Shown in pieces: positions 11,389 to 26,597 of a stretch of 64,000 nucleotides of DNA. The translations under genes were made by a program, and so were the position numbers. The DNA is from the human T2T-CHM13v2.0 reference genome, Homo sapiens: the NCBI RefSeq assembly GCF_009914755.1, contig NC_060939.1. The stretch is one strand, 5' to 3'. The first letter of the stretch is position 1. Each line of letters starts with the position of its first letter. The notes beneath the pieces are model-generated. The model was not told the DNA's origin, ran no database searches, and saw only the letters and a list, made by a program, of their open reading frames with translations.

Positions 11389-14300
11389 GTAAATGACATT
11401 TTGTTTCTCTTTTTTCTCTTTTCTCCTGTCTTCTTTCTCTTTCAGCTTTTTATTTTTGAGCTAGGTGTCTAAGATCATACCCTAATTTCAATCATTTGTG
11501 AGAATGCTAGCTTTTCTTCCATCGAGTAGATGACCAAATTTGCAGATTTTGGGGAAAGCAAGAGAAATTCAGAAGTTTCTTTTGCTGAATAGAAATTCAG
11601 TGATCTGTGTCCCCCTCCACCCCCTTTTTTTCCTTCTACTTCGTCTTAGTGAAGAGGAAAGTAAAAAAAAAAACCAAAAAAAAAAAACCGCTCCAGTAGG
11701 GCCAAGGTGTGAACGCCAGTGTGGGGGTTGTGGGGAGGACATGAGCTTTCCTGTAGGATGTGCCAGTCAGCATGAGATGTGTCCAGCAGGCCATTCTTGG
11801 TATTGTGCATTCATTGTATTGTTTCAAGTGTATTGCAGGGAGAGGATAACGGAGAGGCTTCTTTGGCCCTTGACCCCAGTTTCACTTTGGTGGAAAGTAG
11901 TTGGGACCAGAGTATGCCTTTGAGTAAGAAGAAAACTTAACTTTTCTTCTGGTGGCAGAGAATGCCTGGCCAATATGCTGTTTGGTCTATACTGAGTTGT
12001 TAACCCCCCAAAAAGCAAACCTCTGCCCTTGGGTTAGCGAATCCCAGGGAACCTTTACAAGGTGACGCCGTGTCCTGCAGTGTGCCACACATTGTGAGCC
12101 TGAGGCTGAGGACGGCTCTGAGCAGTTTCTACCACCTACTTAGTTCTGTATTCTCCAAATGAGTCATACTGCCGGGTGTTCCTCAGGGCCTGCTTTTACC
12201 CCACCAGTCTGGCTTCCTTCCTCAGGAACCTCGGGAAGCTTCCCCTTCTCTTCCGCCACCTATCGAAGGCCATGTGCACAAGTTCCTTTAGCAGTTTCCA
12301 CGTTCCCACCTTCTAGCCTCACGGCTGGCCCCTCAGATACAACTGATGTCATCAGCCTGAGGATTATGGCCACGGATATTGAGGAATAAACACCAAGAGC
12401 TAGAGGGGCCTTGGAGGAAACAACATTTTGTTTCTGTTGCTAGAGTGACTGGTGACAAATAGAAAATGGAGGGAAGATTGATGAATTTTAAAAAATGGAA
12501 ATAAAACGTTTACCTATTTTTAGGCATTTGTAGCTGTGAATCTATGTCTCCCTGGTAGGAAGGCGATCCGAATGTAGTCATTCACCGGGTTCCTATATTG
12601 ATGATGATGCCACCATGGTCATTTTATTAGCTCCCTTTCTCCATAGCCCAGGGGCAACTAGTTCTCAGGACTCCCTGTGAATTGAGAACATAGTATTTTA
12701 TTTGATAGATATGGAAGAAGCAGCAGAGAGAGAAGTGGCTTGTTCACACTTACTTAAAGAGGTTCTCCGCAAATAGCTTCTGACTTCTAACACCGGGTTC
12801 TCATTTTCAAAGGCATTCCTGCTTTCAGTGAAAGGCAAAGTTGCCCCTTTCACTGGTCTCCCACTATGCAGCAAAGGTACTTAAAACTGGGATTACAAGG
12901 TGCTTTGGTCTACTTCCTAGTATGATGGGTCGTACCAACCAAATCATCATGAATGTTACTGTACAGCTGACTGCCTGTGTCGAGATTACAAACTAACATC
13001 AAAGCATTGGTATTGGTCTTAAAATTAGGTCCTGCAGTTTGTGGTCCTATTGAATGCTCCACACTCACACTCCAGCAACAGTATTCTTCCCTTAATAATC
13101 TGAGACCACAAGAGTTAAGCAATTGCATTGAGTTTGTTTCTTTTTTTGTAAGATTATAATATCAAGTTTATGCCTGTAGTGGTACCTGTACCCTTATTCA
13201 GATTCCAAATTAAAATAAGGTGGTTTTGCCTGGTGGCAATTGTTTTTCCTTATGAATTTGATTTACTTTTTAATTAGGCCAAATTAGGTAATGAGGCATT
13301 TTTACTTAATGTAGATATTTAATTGGGTACATTATTGCTTATACCATGCAGGTAAAACTTCTTGAGGATATAAGTCCCTTCTTAATTAAAACAAAACAGC
13401 GAGGCCACATTTTGCTGATTTGCGAGTTGGATAGTCAGGTCCTGTTTTTACCTGGGCTGTCCCTGGTGACTGGCTGGGCTCTCTTTTGCAGCCTTTATAT
13501 CTTTCCCAATCTAGCTTTCATATGTGTGATCTGCTTAAACAATTTAGGGTTTTAAAATAATAATGAGAAGGTTGGACTTGTGACAGTCATGCTGAAGATG
13601 CAACCCCCAGAAATTTCAGTTACGTAGTTTCTGAGGCAGGTACATAGGAATGTGAACAAGGGCATATCTTTTAATTTTTTGAAAATTTGCTCAGCATTTT
13701 TGCTCGAAGTTGCAATATGGACATTTTTATGAGATTCGCTTCGAACTTTCTTCAGACTCTCCAGTGATTTCTGGATTTGTTACTTTAGTGAAGGTACTCA
13801 TTTAGAATAATGAAAATCATCAGAGCTTGAAAGATTTTCAGAGTTTTCAGGGATTTAAGGATGATTTAATATATCCATCTACTTTATTGATGGGGAGAAT
13901 AAGTGCTAGAGAGAGACAGAGACAAGGCCCAGAACAGTCAAGTGTGGGGAGCCAGGAAAAAGCCAGTTCTCCTTAATTGAGTCTGATGTGCTTTATCTAC
14001 ATGACAGTTTTCCTCAGGTCACCTTCAAAGGGTCCTAAGAAGGGACATTTTATTGGTGCATGAAGTAAAAACAACACATAATCTAGTAATCAGGTATTTG
14101 CTTTATGCTTTTCTGTGTTGAGAAAATGCTTGCAGAAAATATGCCATGTGATGTGGAATTTTGTACAAATGTGTGGGGTTCATGTGAAATTTTGTTACCT
14201 ATATGTGAGCCTGGTGTTTTTCTTTAACTCATTGAGAACTTGCAGATGTGTTTTATTGTGTCAGGTACAGGGAAGATACAAGGGAGATATTATATACTAA

Positions 14301-14724
14301 TTCCTTGCTGTTTTTGAATCTACAGTCTATGTGGCAGATAAGTATATGAAATGGTTATTATGCAGAACCAAAACTTGGCTCTGATCATTTCAACAAAGTC
14401 CAACTTTTAAACTGTATTTTAAGTGCAGGATGGTCTATTCAGGAAGTAGACTATGGAGACTACTATGGATTGTTTCTAAAAAGGTGGGAAGAGTATCATG
14501 CAAGACACAATGTTGATTAAAGAAATTGACAAAGTAGAAGGTCAATGTAAAGAAGAATTAACTCTTAAAACAGCCACAACAAAACATAATAATGACTAAT
14601 TTCTAGACCTTTAAAAACACTGTGGATAACTTTAAGAAGTGGTCAGAGTAAAAGCCTTCTATATTTTATTGGAGAAGATGAGAGTTACTGGTAGACTTCA
14701 GCTCTTAAATCAAGTATACATGAT

Positions 14725-15197
14725 AAAATTGAAGGTGACTCTAGGTGACAGATATAGAATGTTAGTACACTATTTTTTCAACATTGTGCCGTGTTTGGAA
14801 TTTTTCATAAGAAAATTGTTGGGAAAAAAATTGAACATAGCCTAAGAGAATATAGATAGACTGCATATGGAAATAATGAAAGAAACCAGACTTCACAAGT
14901 TCTTTAATAAAGTTTTAATACTGGTCAAAACAAACAAGAAATAACCTGTATAGCTTTCAAGCCAGTAGGGGTAGGAGGGAAGAAATGCAGATATGTTGAC
15001 CATTAAAATAGGAGAAGTGCAGGGCGGCTTATGGAAACAAAGTGAAAAGAAGGTATGGAATAAGATATGGTAAACACTTTTAAATATATTAGGCATCATA
15101 CTGAATGTAAGTAAATGAAATGCAGCAATTAATAAACAGAGATTCTCATTGAATGGAAGTTTTTTGTAAGTCCAGGTCTATACTATCTCTAAAAGAC
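14725..15197 (+). repeat. Probable source copy of the 470-bp segment at 4958-5427
   Basis: Near-identical to 4958-5427 and continuous with flanking L1-like sequence. Confidence 0.9.
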
Positions 15198-16069
15198 ACA
15201 ATTTTAGACAAAGAGCAGAGAGAATGACAGAGAAAAGTTTAAATGCATTGAAACTGATAAACCAGGAAATTTCTACTTAAATCAAAAATGTAGCTGCTGG
15301 AGCAGCTACATTTGGTGTTACACAAAATAGACTGTAAGGCAAACAAAGCGTAAGTAGAGATAAAGAAGATTATAAAGACAGAAGGACTAATTTATCAGGA
15401 CACTAAATAATTGTGAACCTGTATATGTGCCTAACACTGCCTTAAATGTATATAAAGGAAAAATAGACTGTATTGCAAAAATTTCAGATATGCAGTTTTA
15501 GTAAAGTAATTTAACATACTTCCCTCAGTGAATGATTAGTAGAACAAGATCAAAATAGAAGAAATAAGATATTTAAAAGAAAGTAATGAAATAGAAACCA
15601 CAGAGAATCAATAAACCCAAAAGCTGGCTCTTTAAAAAACTTAATAAACCTTGGGTAAATTTGATCAAGAAAAACAAAAGCAGAAAAAGGCAAAATAAGG
15701 TTAAGGGATGTTAAAAAGCAGTTGAGAATGTGATAAACTAGGAAAATTTAGAAAAAATGGATAATTAGAAAATTGAAATAAATTTACAATCTTGAAAGAA
15801 ATTGACTTATCAGTTTAAAATATACCAGTCAAAAAACAACAAACACTAGGCCCAGGTTATTTCAGAAAATAAAAAAGTAAAGCTCCTCTCCTTAATTTGA
15901 AACTAGCAGAACTGTAATACCAAAATGAATACAGACAATAGAAAGCTTTTAAATTGAATATAGATGTCTTCCTCACAAAAGTTGATCAAATATTAACTAA
16001 GTCCAACATGACATATGTGCGTGTGTAAGTGCAAGTTATAACTAAATAGTGTTTCTTTAAAGGAGGCAA

Positions 16070-16305
16070 AATTCATTTATTTAACAAATAATTTGTTGAG
16101 TGCCTTCTACGGGGTAGACACTAGACACTGGAGATACAGCAGTGAAAGACACAGTCAAACATTTCTGCCCTCATGGAACTTAAATTCTAGTGCGGAAAGA
16201 AAGATGATAACTATTAAGTAAGTAAAATACATAATATATTAATGATGATGAATGCCAAGATAAAAAGGCAGAAAGGGGGAATAGGGAGTTGGTGTATTTT
16301 AGGGA
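16070..16305 (-). mobile_element. L2 3'-end relic
   Basis: attcatttatttaacaaataatttgttgagtgccttctac...gatacagcagtgaa...tgccctcatggaactt. Confidence 0.65.
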
Positions 16306-16314
16306 TTGAGAGAG

Positions 16315-16596
16315 TTTTTTTTTTTTTTTTTTTTTGGAGACAGAGTCTTGCTCTGTCGCCCAGGCTGGAGTGCAGAGCTCACTGCAAGCTCTGCCTCCCG
16401 GGTTCACTCCATTCTCCTGCCTCAGTCTCCCGAGTAACTGGGACTACAGGTGCCTGCCACCACGCCCGGCTAATTTTTTGTATTTTTAGTAGGGACGAGG
16501 TTTCACTGTGTTAGCCAGGATGGTCTCGATCTCCTGATCCTCCTGCCTTGGCCTCCCAAAGTGCTGGGATTACAGGCTTGAGCCACAGCGCCGGGC
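16315..16596 (-). mobile_element. Alu (AluY-like) with TSD ttgagagag
   Basis: gcaagctc and gttagccaggatggtctcgatctc diagnostics; ttgagagag on both flanks. Confidence 0.9.
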
Positions 16597-18057
16597 CTTG
16601 AGAGAGAATTTGACATTTTAGAATGGATTACCAAGAGACACGTCTTCACAGTAGAAAATTTGTTTATATAGTTTACCATGTGCGATTTTTTTTAAAAAGA
16701 CTATATGATTGTCTTAATTACTGGAGAGAAAGAATTTCATAAAATAAAATAATCTTGATGACAAAAAGAAAAACTTCATGGCATGCCAGAAATTCATGAA
16801 AACCTTCTTAGTCTAAACAAGTATGATAATTAATAGTTTAATATTAATTCCCTTTAATGTCCAGAAGGATGCTTGCTCTCAGTGCTTCTTATCAACATGA
16901 TACTAAATATCCTAATGAGTGCAATAAGGAAAGAAAAAGAGCTAAACCATATCAGGATTGAACAAACTTTCATTAGTTGCAGGTGATAGGATTATCTACA
17001 TAGATAATCAGTCAGTCTATAGAGAACCTTACTAGAATTAACAAGACTTTTAAGTGTGGTCTTTAGAAAAAAAAAAATCAACATATAATAGCAAATAGTA
17101 TTCCCATACAAATCAAAAAAGAGGAAATATAATTGAAAAAAGGGAGTTACCTTTTATAGTAGTTACAAAAAGTATAATTTACCTAGGAAGACAGCTGTCC
17201 AATGATCTCCAAGATCTCACCAATAAAATGATAAAAGTTTATTGAGGAGCATAAAAGGAACTCTGAGTAAATGCTATGTTATTGCTATGTTAATGGGTAG
17301 GAAGACTTGTATCAGGTAAAGTACTTCTACCCAAACTTACAGATTCAGTTCAATTCCAGTCACTTACATAATAATGAGAAAACTTATTCTTAAAATGGAC
17401 ATCTCAATAAAGCTGTTAAAAATTAATATGAACTAGTCAAGGCTCAAGAATGGTAAAGACTAATTGAAGATATATGAAGGACTCATACAACTACCACAAT
17501 TTTTTATAAAGGTAAAGTAATTAAAACACTACATTAGTATCATAAGGTGATATAGTAATTCAAAAGATTGATAAATTTACCTTTATTAAAATTAGAGTAT
17601 CTTATTAGGAAAAGACCTCATCAAGAATAAAGCTCCAAACTGGAAAAAGAAATTTGCATATTTGCAATGCATACTCCAAGATCAGATTAATATCCAGAAG
17701 ATATTAAAAAAGAAAAAAAAATCTAAGAAAAAGATCACCCAGGATAGCAGTATATACTTCAAAGAGAAGGAAATGTAGTTGACTTATAAAGACATGAAAA
17801 GATGTTTAACCTAATAAGTGATTCAGAAAATACAAAATCAAAAGGGACAGAGCATTTCATGTCTCTCAGATGGGCATACATTTAAATGTGTGAAGACAAC
17901 CAAGGTTCTTTATAGAGGAAACAAGGTATTTCAGAATATGAATCTTTATATTTAAAAATATATACACAAAGAGAAACCGGATGTATTATTGTTTATAGAC
18001 ACAAGGAGATACAGGAAGATATTAAAATATCTGTGGAAACTAACTTCAAAAAAGTGG

Positions 18058-18371
<314 letters not shown>

Positions 18372-18559
18372 CTACCTAATAAAGAAAGGATATGGGATTT
18401 CCACTAATTCTGTAATCTCTACTTTAATAACAGAAGAGAAGTAGCAGTCATAAAGCAGATATGACAACATGTCAATATGTATTTCTCCTTGGTGGTAGGT
18501 AGGTATATACTTTATAAGGCATATACTTTTCTATAATTTGAAATGTTTCACACTCAACT

Positions 18560-18841
18560 ATTTTTGTTGTTGTTGTTGTTGTTGAGACAAGGTGTCACTC
18601 TGTCACCCAGGCTGGAGTGCAGTGGCGCCATCTTAGCCTCCACCTCTCTGGTGCAAGCAGTCCCCTCACCTCAGCCTCTCAAGTAGCTGGGACTTCAGGC
18701 ATGCACCATCATGCCCAGCTAACTTTTGTATGGGGTCCTAGTTTGATGCCCAAGCTGGTCTCGAACTCCTGGGTTCAAGCGATCCACCCTCTTCAGCCTC
18801 CCAAAGTGCTGGGATTACAGACTTGAGACAGCACACCCAGC
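18560..18841 (-). mobile_element. Alu (AluJ-like) with (TTG)n tail
   Basis: Antisense Alu body after ttgttgttgttg. Confidence 0.85.
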
Positions 18842-19710
18842 TCACTTAACATTTTTTTAAAAAAAGGTGGTTGCAGTAGTCTGGGCTTGAAGTGATAAAA
18901 CTTATATTCACCAAAGTTGGATATTTAACACATGGCAAAGGCAAAAGTAATAGGCACTGGAGGCCAGACAGAAAGGTTCCATGAGTCTGCGTGTTACGTG
19001 AAGAAATTGTCCAAGGGCTGAGTGTGGGCAGGCAGGTCACAGGCTTAGGAAACCTCCCTCATCCTTGACTCCCACAGCCCCGCTTCCTGTTTGGGAATTC
19101 CTCGGAAGTATTTTACTGAGAAAACAAAGCAACCCAGGGTATGAATCTTTGTTGAGAAAGAATTCACAGTGGACTTGGAAATTTTCCCCCACAAATTCTA
19201 CTGTCAACAAGCAAAGCTTTTGACCCAGTAGGAGGTCTTAAGCCAGTTTTTCACTTGGCCTCTGTTCAAACACATATTCCTCCTTTGGAGTTGGTCATCT
19301 GTGTGTGCTTTTGTCAGAATAATTTGGCCCTTGATTCTCTTCTTCACCACCATCCTCCCACTAAATTAAAAGTAAAGTGCAATAAAAAGCCACTTGTGTA
19401 CTTCCTCCCAGTGAACTTTTGTCTTGTGTTTCTGACAGCCCGGAGCTCTCCTATCCTCTCAGTATTGGGAGGTAGTGACCATTCAATAGTGTCTGTATTG
19501 TTTCATCCTAGCTGTCTTCTGAGGTTGATGCCTATCTCCCTAACTACTTTCAAACCAGGAACCGCTGAGGGTATCCAGCCCTGAGCTGTCTCTGAGTTCC
19601 TGGGCAGTGGCGTGTCCTTATATTAAAGGACATTTGGATTGGTTCAGGATGACAGAACTGCTGTGTGACCAAGATAGGTCTTCAAATCCAGTTCTTAGTT
19701 TCTCCCATGC

Positions 19711-20122
19711 TGCTGTGGTTTGAATGTGTTCTCTCCAAAATTTGGGTGTTGTCAGTGTGATAGCGCTAAGAGGTGGGGCCTCAAGACATGATTAGGTCAT
19801 GAGGGCTTTTCCCTCATGACTGGGATTAAGGCCCTTAGAAAAGAGGCTTCACGCAGCATTCACCTTGCTTGGTCTTCTGCTCCTTTGCCTTGTGAGGACA
19901 CAGCCTTTCTCTCCTCTCCAGAGCATGCCACCCATACCAGACAGCTGAACCTGCCAGTGCCTTGACCTTGGACTTCCCAGCCTCCAGAACTGTGCAGAAA
20001 TAAATTTTCTGTTCTTTATAATTGAATTATAAATTATAGAATTAAGTATAATTGAATATAATTAAAAGACCGGTCATTACCCAGTCTGTGGTATTCTTTT
20101 GCAGCAACACAAACTGACTAAC
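19711..20122 (+). mobile_element. MaLR solo LTR (MST/MLT1-like)
   Basis: tgctgtggtttgaatgt start, gacttcccagcctccagaactgtg, aataaa, cccagtctgtggtatt...actaaca end. Confidence 0.8.
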
Positions 20123-20304
20123 AAGCTGTTTTCTGTTTCCACTTTTTCTTGCCACTCTAGGCGTTTCCCAGCTCACTCAGTGCTTCCCTCCACCTGTGTT
20201 ATCACCTCACTTAACCAGAACTTCAGAACTTAACTGCTACACTCAGTTGCAGACATTTTGACCTTTGAGTCTGGATTCAAATCCAAGTGTGTTTGAATCT
20301 GTAA

Positions 20305-20815
<511 letters not shown>

Positions 20816-21319
20816 TATGTGATACCAGATTTGACATGTTGTTGTTAATCATTTGGTGATTCAACATCACAGTTGGAGTCAGGATCCTGGGTGTTCCAGC
20901 ATCCTTTGGGTGATGCTGTCCCTATTGTACCTCCACCATCCCTCCCCTCTGTTCCTCTACCCTGTGCTGAGTGGATACTCTGCTGCTTTGTTTGTATGTT
21001 CATGTGGATCCCCTCCCCTCTCACAAATGAGGCGACATCCCTTGTTTTCAATTCGTATGAGCGATAACACTCATAGGTTGTAAGCCTCTCCTTTTCAAGT
21101 GATAAAAACCAACTTAGAGAAACGGTGACTTCCCTGTGGTCATGCAGTGACTTGATGGCAGCCCTGGGACAGATAAGAGGCAGTTCACATTTCTCCAAAT
21201 CATTGCTGCTTCCCTGTGTGCTTGTAACTTACGGTCAGACTAGGAAACATCTTTGGAACTTCTCTTTTGGAATTACTTGTAGAGGCAGCTTAAATTTTAC
21301 ATAAGAAAATGAGGTTCGA

Positions 21320-21840
21320 TTATGTACACACAATGAAATAATATTTAGCCTTAACAGTGAAGATACTGCCATTTGTGACAACATGGATGGACCTAGAGGA
21401 CATTATTATGTCCTCTGAGTGAAATAAGCCACACAGAGAAATGAAAATACTGTGTGATCTCACTTATGTGGAACCTTAAAACATAACAAAGAACTCAAAT
21501 ACATAGAAACGGTAGGAAAGTGGTTACTGAGGGTGGGGAAATGGGGAGATAGTGGTCAAAGGGTACACAGGCTCAGTTACATAGCATAAATAAGTCTAGA
21601 GGCCTAATGTTCCTTATGTACAGTGTGAGGGCTATAGTTGATAGTATTGTATACTAGAAATTTACAAAGAGTAAATTTTAGGTAATTTTACAAAGGAAAT
21701 TTACAAAGAGTAAATTTTACCACACACATAGAAACTGAGATGATGGTTACATTAATTTGCTTGACTGTAGAAATTCCTTCACTATATATTATATGAAAAC
21801 ATCACGTTGTATTCTTTGAATATATACAATAAAATAACAA
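21320..21840 (+). mobile_element. L1 3' end relic (L1MA/MC-type)
   Basis: gccatttgtgacaacatggatggacctagaggacatt...gtgaaataagcc...aataaaa. Confidence 0.75.
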
Positions 21841-24039
21841 AATTGCAACTCATCCTTCAAATAGTAGAAAATGAAGTTTTGGTGACATCTGTGTTTGAAT
21901 TCAGATCCTGCTCCCCTAAATGTGTTAAATTCCCCTTCCCTGATTCCACTGGCTTCTGGGCATTTCTATAAAACTCAGTGGCCACCACCTGGTCTTCATT
22001 GTCATATTCTGATTATTATTTTATTCCACAGGGTCTGAAATACTGATCACGTGGGATGTTGTTTGCCTACAGGGTAACTTGGAGGGGTCAGGGTGCGTAG
22101 TGGCCCAGAGCATGGTCCCCAGTGCCCACGGATGAGACGGCGTGTGTGCTGTGACCCTGGGCAACTTAGCATCGCTGAGCCTCAGAGTCAGTGTGTAGAA
22201 TTATCTAAGGGGCTTGTTACAAGATGCCGGCTTCCCACGGCTTTTGTCAGTACTCAGTTAATCTGCTGGTGCTTGTAAAGCACCTGAAACAGGGTTTGGC
22301 CTTCAGAAAATGGCAGCTGTTTTAATTGTAGAAACTCTCTCTCAACCTGGTTTGGACTATTAGTTGGATAATCCAAAAAGTCATTTAAAATGTAGAATCA
22401 TAACAGGTGACATGTACCACTTGAAACCCATTATTCTAACTTTGAACTTACACATTTGTTGCTACTGTTTTGATGTAGGGCCAAGGTTTTTTCTTGTGTG
22501 CATCTCCTGATTGGATTTCTGCAGTGTCTTGCATGAACCATGCATAATGCATCATCTGTGAAGGAATTTAAAGACAACCATGAAGCAATCTGAGGACAGA
22601 ATATCTTTAGATTTCCATGATTTTTTTCCTTTTCAGTATTTGACAGCTATCTATATGTCATTTGATACATTTTACAACTATTACCCTTAGGAAGAATGCA
22701 GTAGCTCAATTTTTATACTATTTCAGCAGCTCATGGGCTATGTCAGTGTATCATATAATCATGTGCTCTCCAGCCAGCTGCAACAAATTGGAGAACAAAT
22801 ACAGTGGACTTGACCAGAGCAGAAGTCAGGGTTTGTGAGAGAGGAGTCTGTTGGCTGCAAACTTTCAACCTCTCATGGATCTTACTGAGTCTATTAGAGA
22901 TTAGTGTACTAACTTTACTGGAATAGAGGATCTGCTATTATGACTGCATTCAGAAAGGGCCATGCTTAAAAGGCTGGCAGTAGGGTTTGGCGGAGAAGTG
23001 AATTCTCAATGCACAGTTTGTAGATGGCTGCCCTTTTAAGGTGAGAACAATTTAAGGAGACAGTGGGAGGGATTTTGCTTGACCAGAACTTGCTTAATTA
23101 GGAAAATTTCCAATCAACTTTGACAGTCTGACCCATTTTTTCTCTGACAAGGCTGACAGATTGCACTTGTATACATGTCCCAGATGTTAGGAACCTTCCA
23201 GACTCAGGTTTGGTAATCAAAACAACAACTGAGCTGGAACTACTGCGCTGCTGGCTGGCAGGCCTTGATGACACCCTGCCTGCTCCGTGCTGACATGGCA
23301 CCCACACACGGCTGATTTACTGGGGAAAATACATGCCACACACATGCACACACTATTCATATCTTAAAATGGTTTTTAAACTCCCCACAAACCGATTCTT
23401 GAGACCTCAGGGGTAACACCTCTAGTGCACCTTCTGATGTTGTTTTTAGTAACTCCTGAAGACTGCATAGGAGGCAGATTCGGATGGGCTGGTTTGGCGG
23501 AGTTTGAAAGAAGGGAGCTTGCTGCAGTACAGGACTTTCTTGCCAGTGGTGGTCAGCATATTCTACCCCTGCTGGTCCCCTGGACACCACCATCTGGTAT
23601 TCTTCTAGTGACAGCCATTGCTCTGAGAGGGCTTGACATGGAGCCCTTTTTGGGTGCTTTTGTTAACCTTAACCACGTCTCTGTTGCTGATGGAGGAGCC
23701 AATGCCTAGAGGCTGGCAGCAACGGTTCTCTCATGATGCCACTTCCTTATTTTAAATGGGCCCCTGGAGAAAGCCTGAAGCAGCTGTGTGTTCAGGTGGA
23801 CCCACTTTTGTTCTGGGAGGTCAGAGGCTCTCTGCTACTTACTCACAAGTCCTGTGCCTTCAGCTAAGTCTTTACCTCTCTGAAACTCAGCTTCCTCTTT
23901 TGTGATGTTGGTGCCGTCCAATTCTCTCTGAATCATTCATTTTTGCCCATGAAGTTGCTTAATGATAATTTTAATATCTAAACTGCTGCAGATTAGATAT
24001 TTCTTAGATCCCTCCTTCTGATGAACTTGGAATCTCTCT

Positions 24040-25175
24040 TTTTTTCTTATTAGTGAAATCATACAACTGTTCCTTTGTGACTGCCTTCTTTCCCTTAGCA
24101 CAGTGTTTCCATGTTGTAACATATTTCAGTACTTCCTTTAGATCCAAATGATGTTCCATTGTATGGAGAAACCACATTTTATCCATTAGTTGATGGACTT
24201 TTGAGTTATTATCATCTTTTGGCTATCATTAATAATGCTGCTGTGAACGTTTGTGTACAAGTTTTTGTGTGGGAGTGTTCTCATTTTTTTCTGGGCATAT
24301 GTCAAGGAGCAGAATTGCTGTATAATATTTTAAGGAACTACCAAACTTTTTTACAGCAGCTGTACCATTGTACATTCCCGCCAGCAGTGTATGAGGGTTC
24401 CAGTTTCTCTATGCCTTTGTCAACACTTGCTGTTGTCCATCTTTTTTATTGTAGCCATCCTCGCGGGTATGTATTGGTATCACATTGTGGTTTTTCTTTG
24501 CATTTCCCTGGTGGCTAATAATGTTGAACATGCTTTCATGTGCCTATTGGCCATTTGTATCTCTTCTTTGGAGAAATGACTGTTCATGTCCTCTGCCCAT
24601 TTTTAATTGGGTGTTTGTCTTTTCATTATCAGTTAAAGGTTTTTTATATATTCTGTATATATTGTAATTTCCTCATACATAATTTGCCAATATTTTCCCC
24701 CATTCTATGGATTGTATTTTCGCTTTCTTGATGGTGGTATCTGCAATTTAAAAGTTTATAATTTTGAAATAGTCCATTTTATTTTTTTTCTTTTACTACA
24801 TGTGCTTTTGGTATTGTATCTAAAAACTCTTTGCCTAAATCAAGTTTGTAAAGATTTACTCCTGTATTTTCTTCTGAGAGTTTTATAGATTTAGCTATTA
24901 CATTTAGGTCTGTCATAGATTTTGAGTTAATTCTAGTGTATGGTGTGAAGTAGGGGGTCCAATTTCTGTCTTTTGCATGTGAACATCCTGTTGTCCTAGC
25001 ACCAGTTATTTAAAAAAGTATTCTTTCCCCACTGAATTGTCTTGGAACCCTTGTTGAAAATCAGTTGACTGTAAAGGTGAGGGTTAATTTCTGGACTCTC
25101 AATTCTATTCTATTGACCTGTGTATCTGTTCTTACATCATTACTGCACTGTCTTTGTTACTATGGCTTTGTAGTA
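24040..25175 (-). mobile_element. L1 relic (L1MB-type), antisense
   Basis: T-rich L1 3' sequence: ccacattttatcc, tgtaccattgtacattcccgccagcagtgtatgagggttcc, ggccatttgtatctcttctttggagaaatg. Confidence 0.8.
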
Positions 25176-26553
25176 AATATATTTCTTGTATCTCTTTTAA
25201 TTTATTATTATGTCCTCCTTTTCACCACTACTACCAAACTATTTATTTTTGAAGAAACTAAGTTATTTTTATAGAATTTCTTGTGTTTGGGTTTGGCTAA
25301 TTGTATCCTGATGGTATCATTGAACATGCTCCCCTATTCTTCTTTTTGTAAACTGTTATTTAGATCTAGGGGCTCAATTAAATTCAGTTTCAATTATGTA
25401 TTTACTTATTCTTTATTGCCAAGAATACTTCCTAGGTGGTGCTGTATACTTCATTTTGTATCAGTTGGGAGGCATATATTATCTGGTTATTCTGCTTTGA
25501 TTAATATTAAAATTGATCATTGGGTTTAGATGTTATCAAATCCATCAATCTATTAAAAAGTTCCCGATCAAGTTGTTATTTTTTTGTCTTATAGCCGTTG
25601 AAATGTGCTTTGATCTATCATTTATTTCAGTAAGAGTTGTATAATGATGATTTTGGACTTCTTTTATTTTTTCTACATTTATTAGCTGTGATTCTTGCCC
25701 TCATCAACATTTAGAAACATCAGAATAAATACTTGTTTCTTTCTCCTCATTTACAGTTTTCAGTATGAGTTGGGACCTTAGCAGTCTCTTAAGGTGACCA
25801 ATGATTTTTTAAAAAAATCTTTGTAGGTATGAAATATCTGTGCTTTAACTTACTGCGGTCATCCTTTTTCTGATGCTCAAATTGCCCCATCACATGGTAT
25901 TAATTATATGATGTCTGGGATTTGCTTCGGAATAATCCAGGGGAGGTCAGTGGGATGGGGAAATAGATGAGTCATGATTGGCCATGAGTTGATAACTCTC
26001 GAGGCTGGATGGATGGGTTTATTATTTTGTTCTCTCTTTTTCAATATAAAGTTTTAAATCATCCAATTTTTGGCTAATGGGAATTCACTGATACTGGCTC
26101 CAGTATTATCTTGGTAGCTTCCTTGGTTCAAGCCACAAGAAGTCCCAGGAACATTTTATACATTTCCTGCCTCAGACCAAGAGTCAGTGATTTATCTGAG
26201 ACTCACTGGTTCCTTTTAGTGGAAATGGTATTTAGAACACCACCTGGCCTAGGCACCGGGGTTGGGGGGTGGTGTCGGGGGGTTGCCACCAGGTTGTGCT
26301 TGTTCCTGGCCTTTAAACTGGACATAGCTAGAAATTGTTTTTCAGGAAAAGAAAAATGAATCAGGTACTCAGGCCAGTATTTCTAGTTCAAATAAAAGAT
26401 GCAGAATGTTTAGCCAAGTCTTTTTGCATTTTGTTTATTTTTATCTATTTTATGCTGAAAAGCTTGGTTCCTAACAGCAACCATAATTACTCATTTACTT
26501 TATCCTAATTATATGTAACATCCTACTTATATATAATGTAATATCCTAATTTA

Positions 26554-26555
<2 letters not shown>

Positions 26556-26596
<41 letters not shown>
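26556..26596. repeat. (TG)n microsatellite, about 20 units
   Basis: Direct reading. Confidence 0.97.

Positions 26597-26597
<1 letters not shown>

Larger units (their letters stand above)
14640..17950 (+). mobile_element. Highly decayed ancient L1 (L1M-type, ORF2 region), interrupted by L2 and Alu
   Basis: Long A-rich tract with ORF2-like remnants (gcaataaggaaagaaaaagagctaaa...ttgcaggtgataggattatctacatagataatc); boundaries approximate. Confidence 0.6.
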
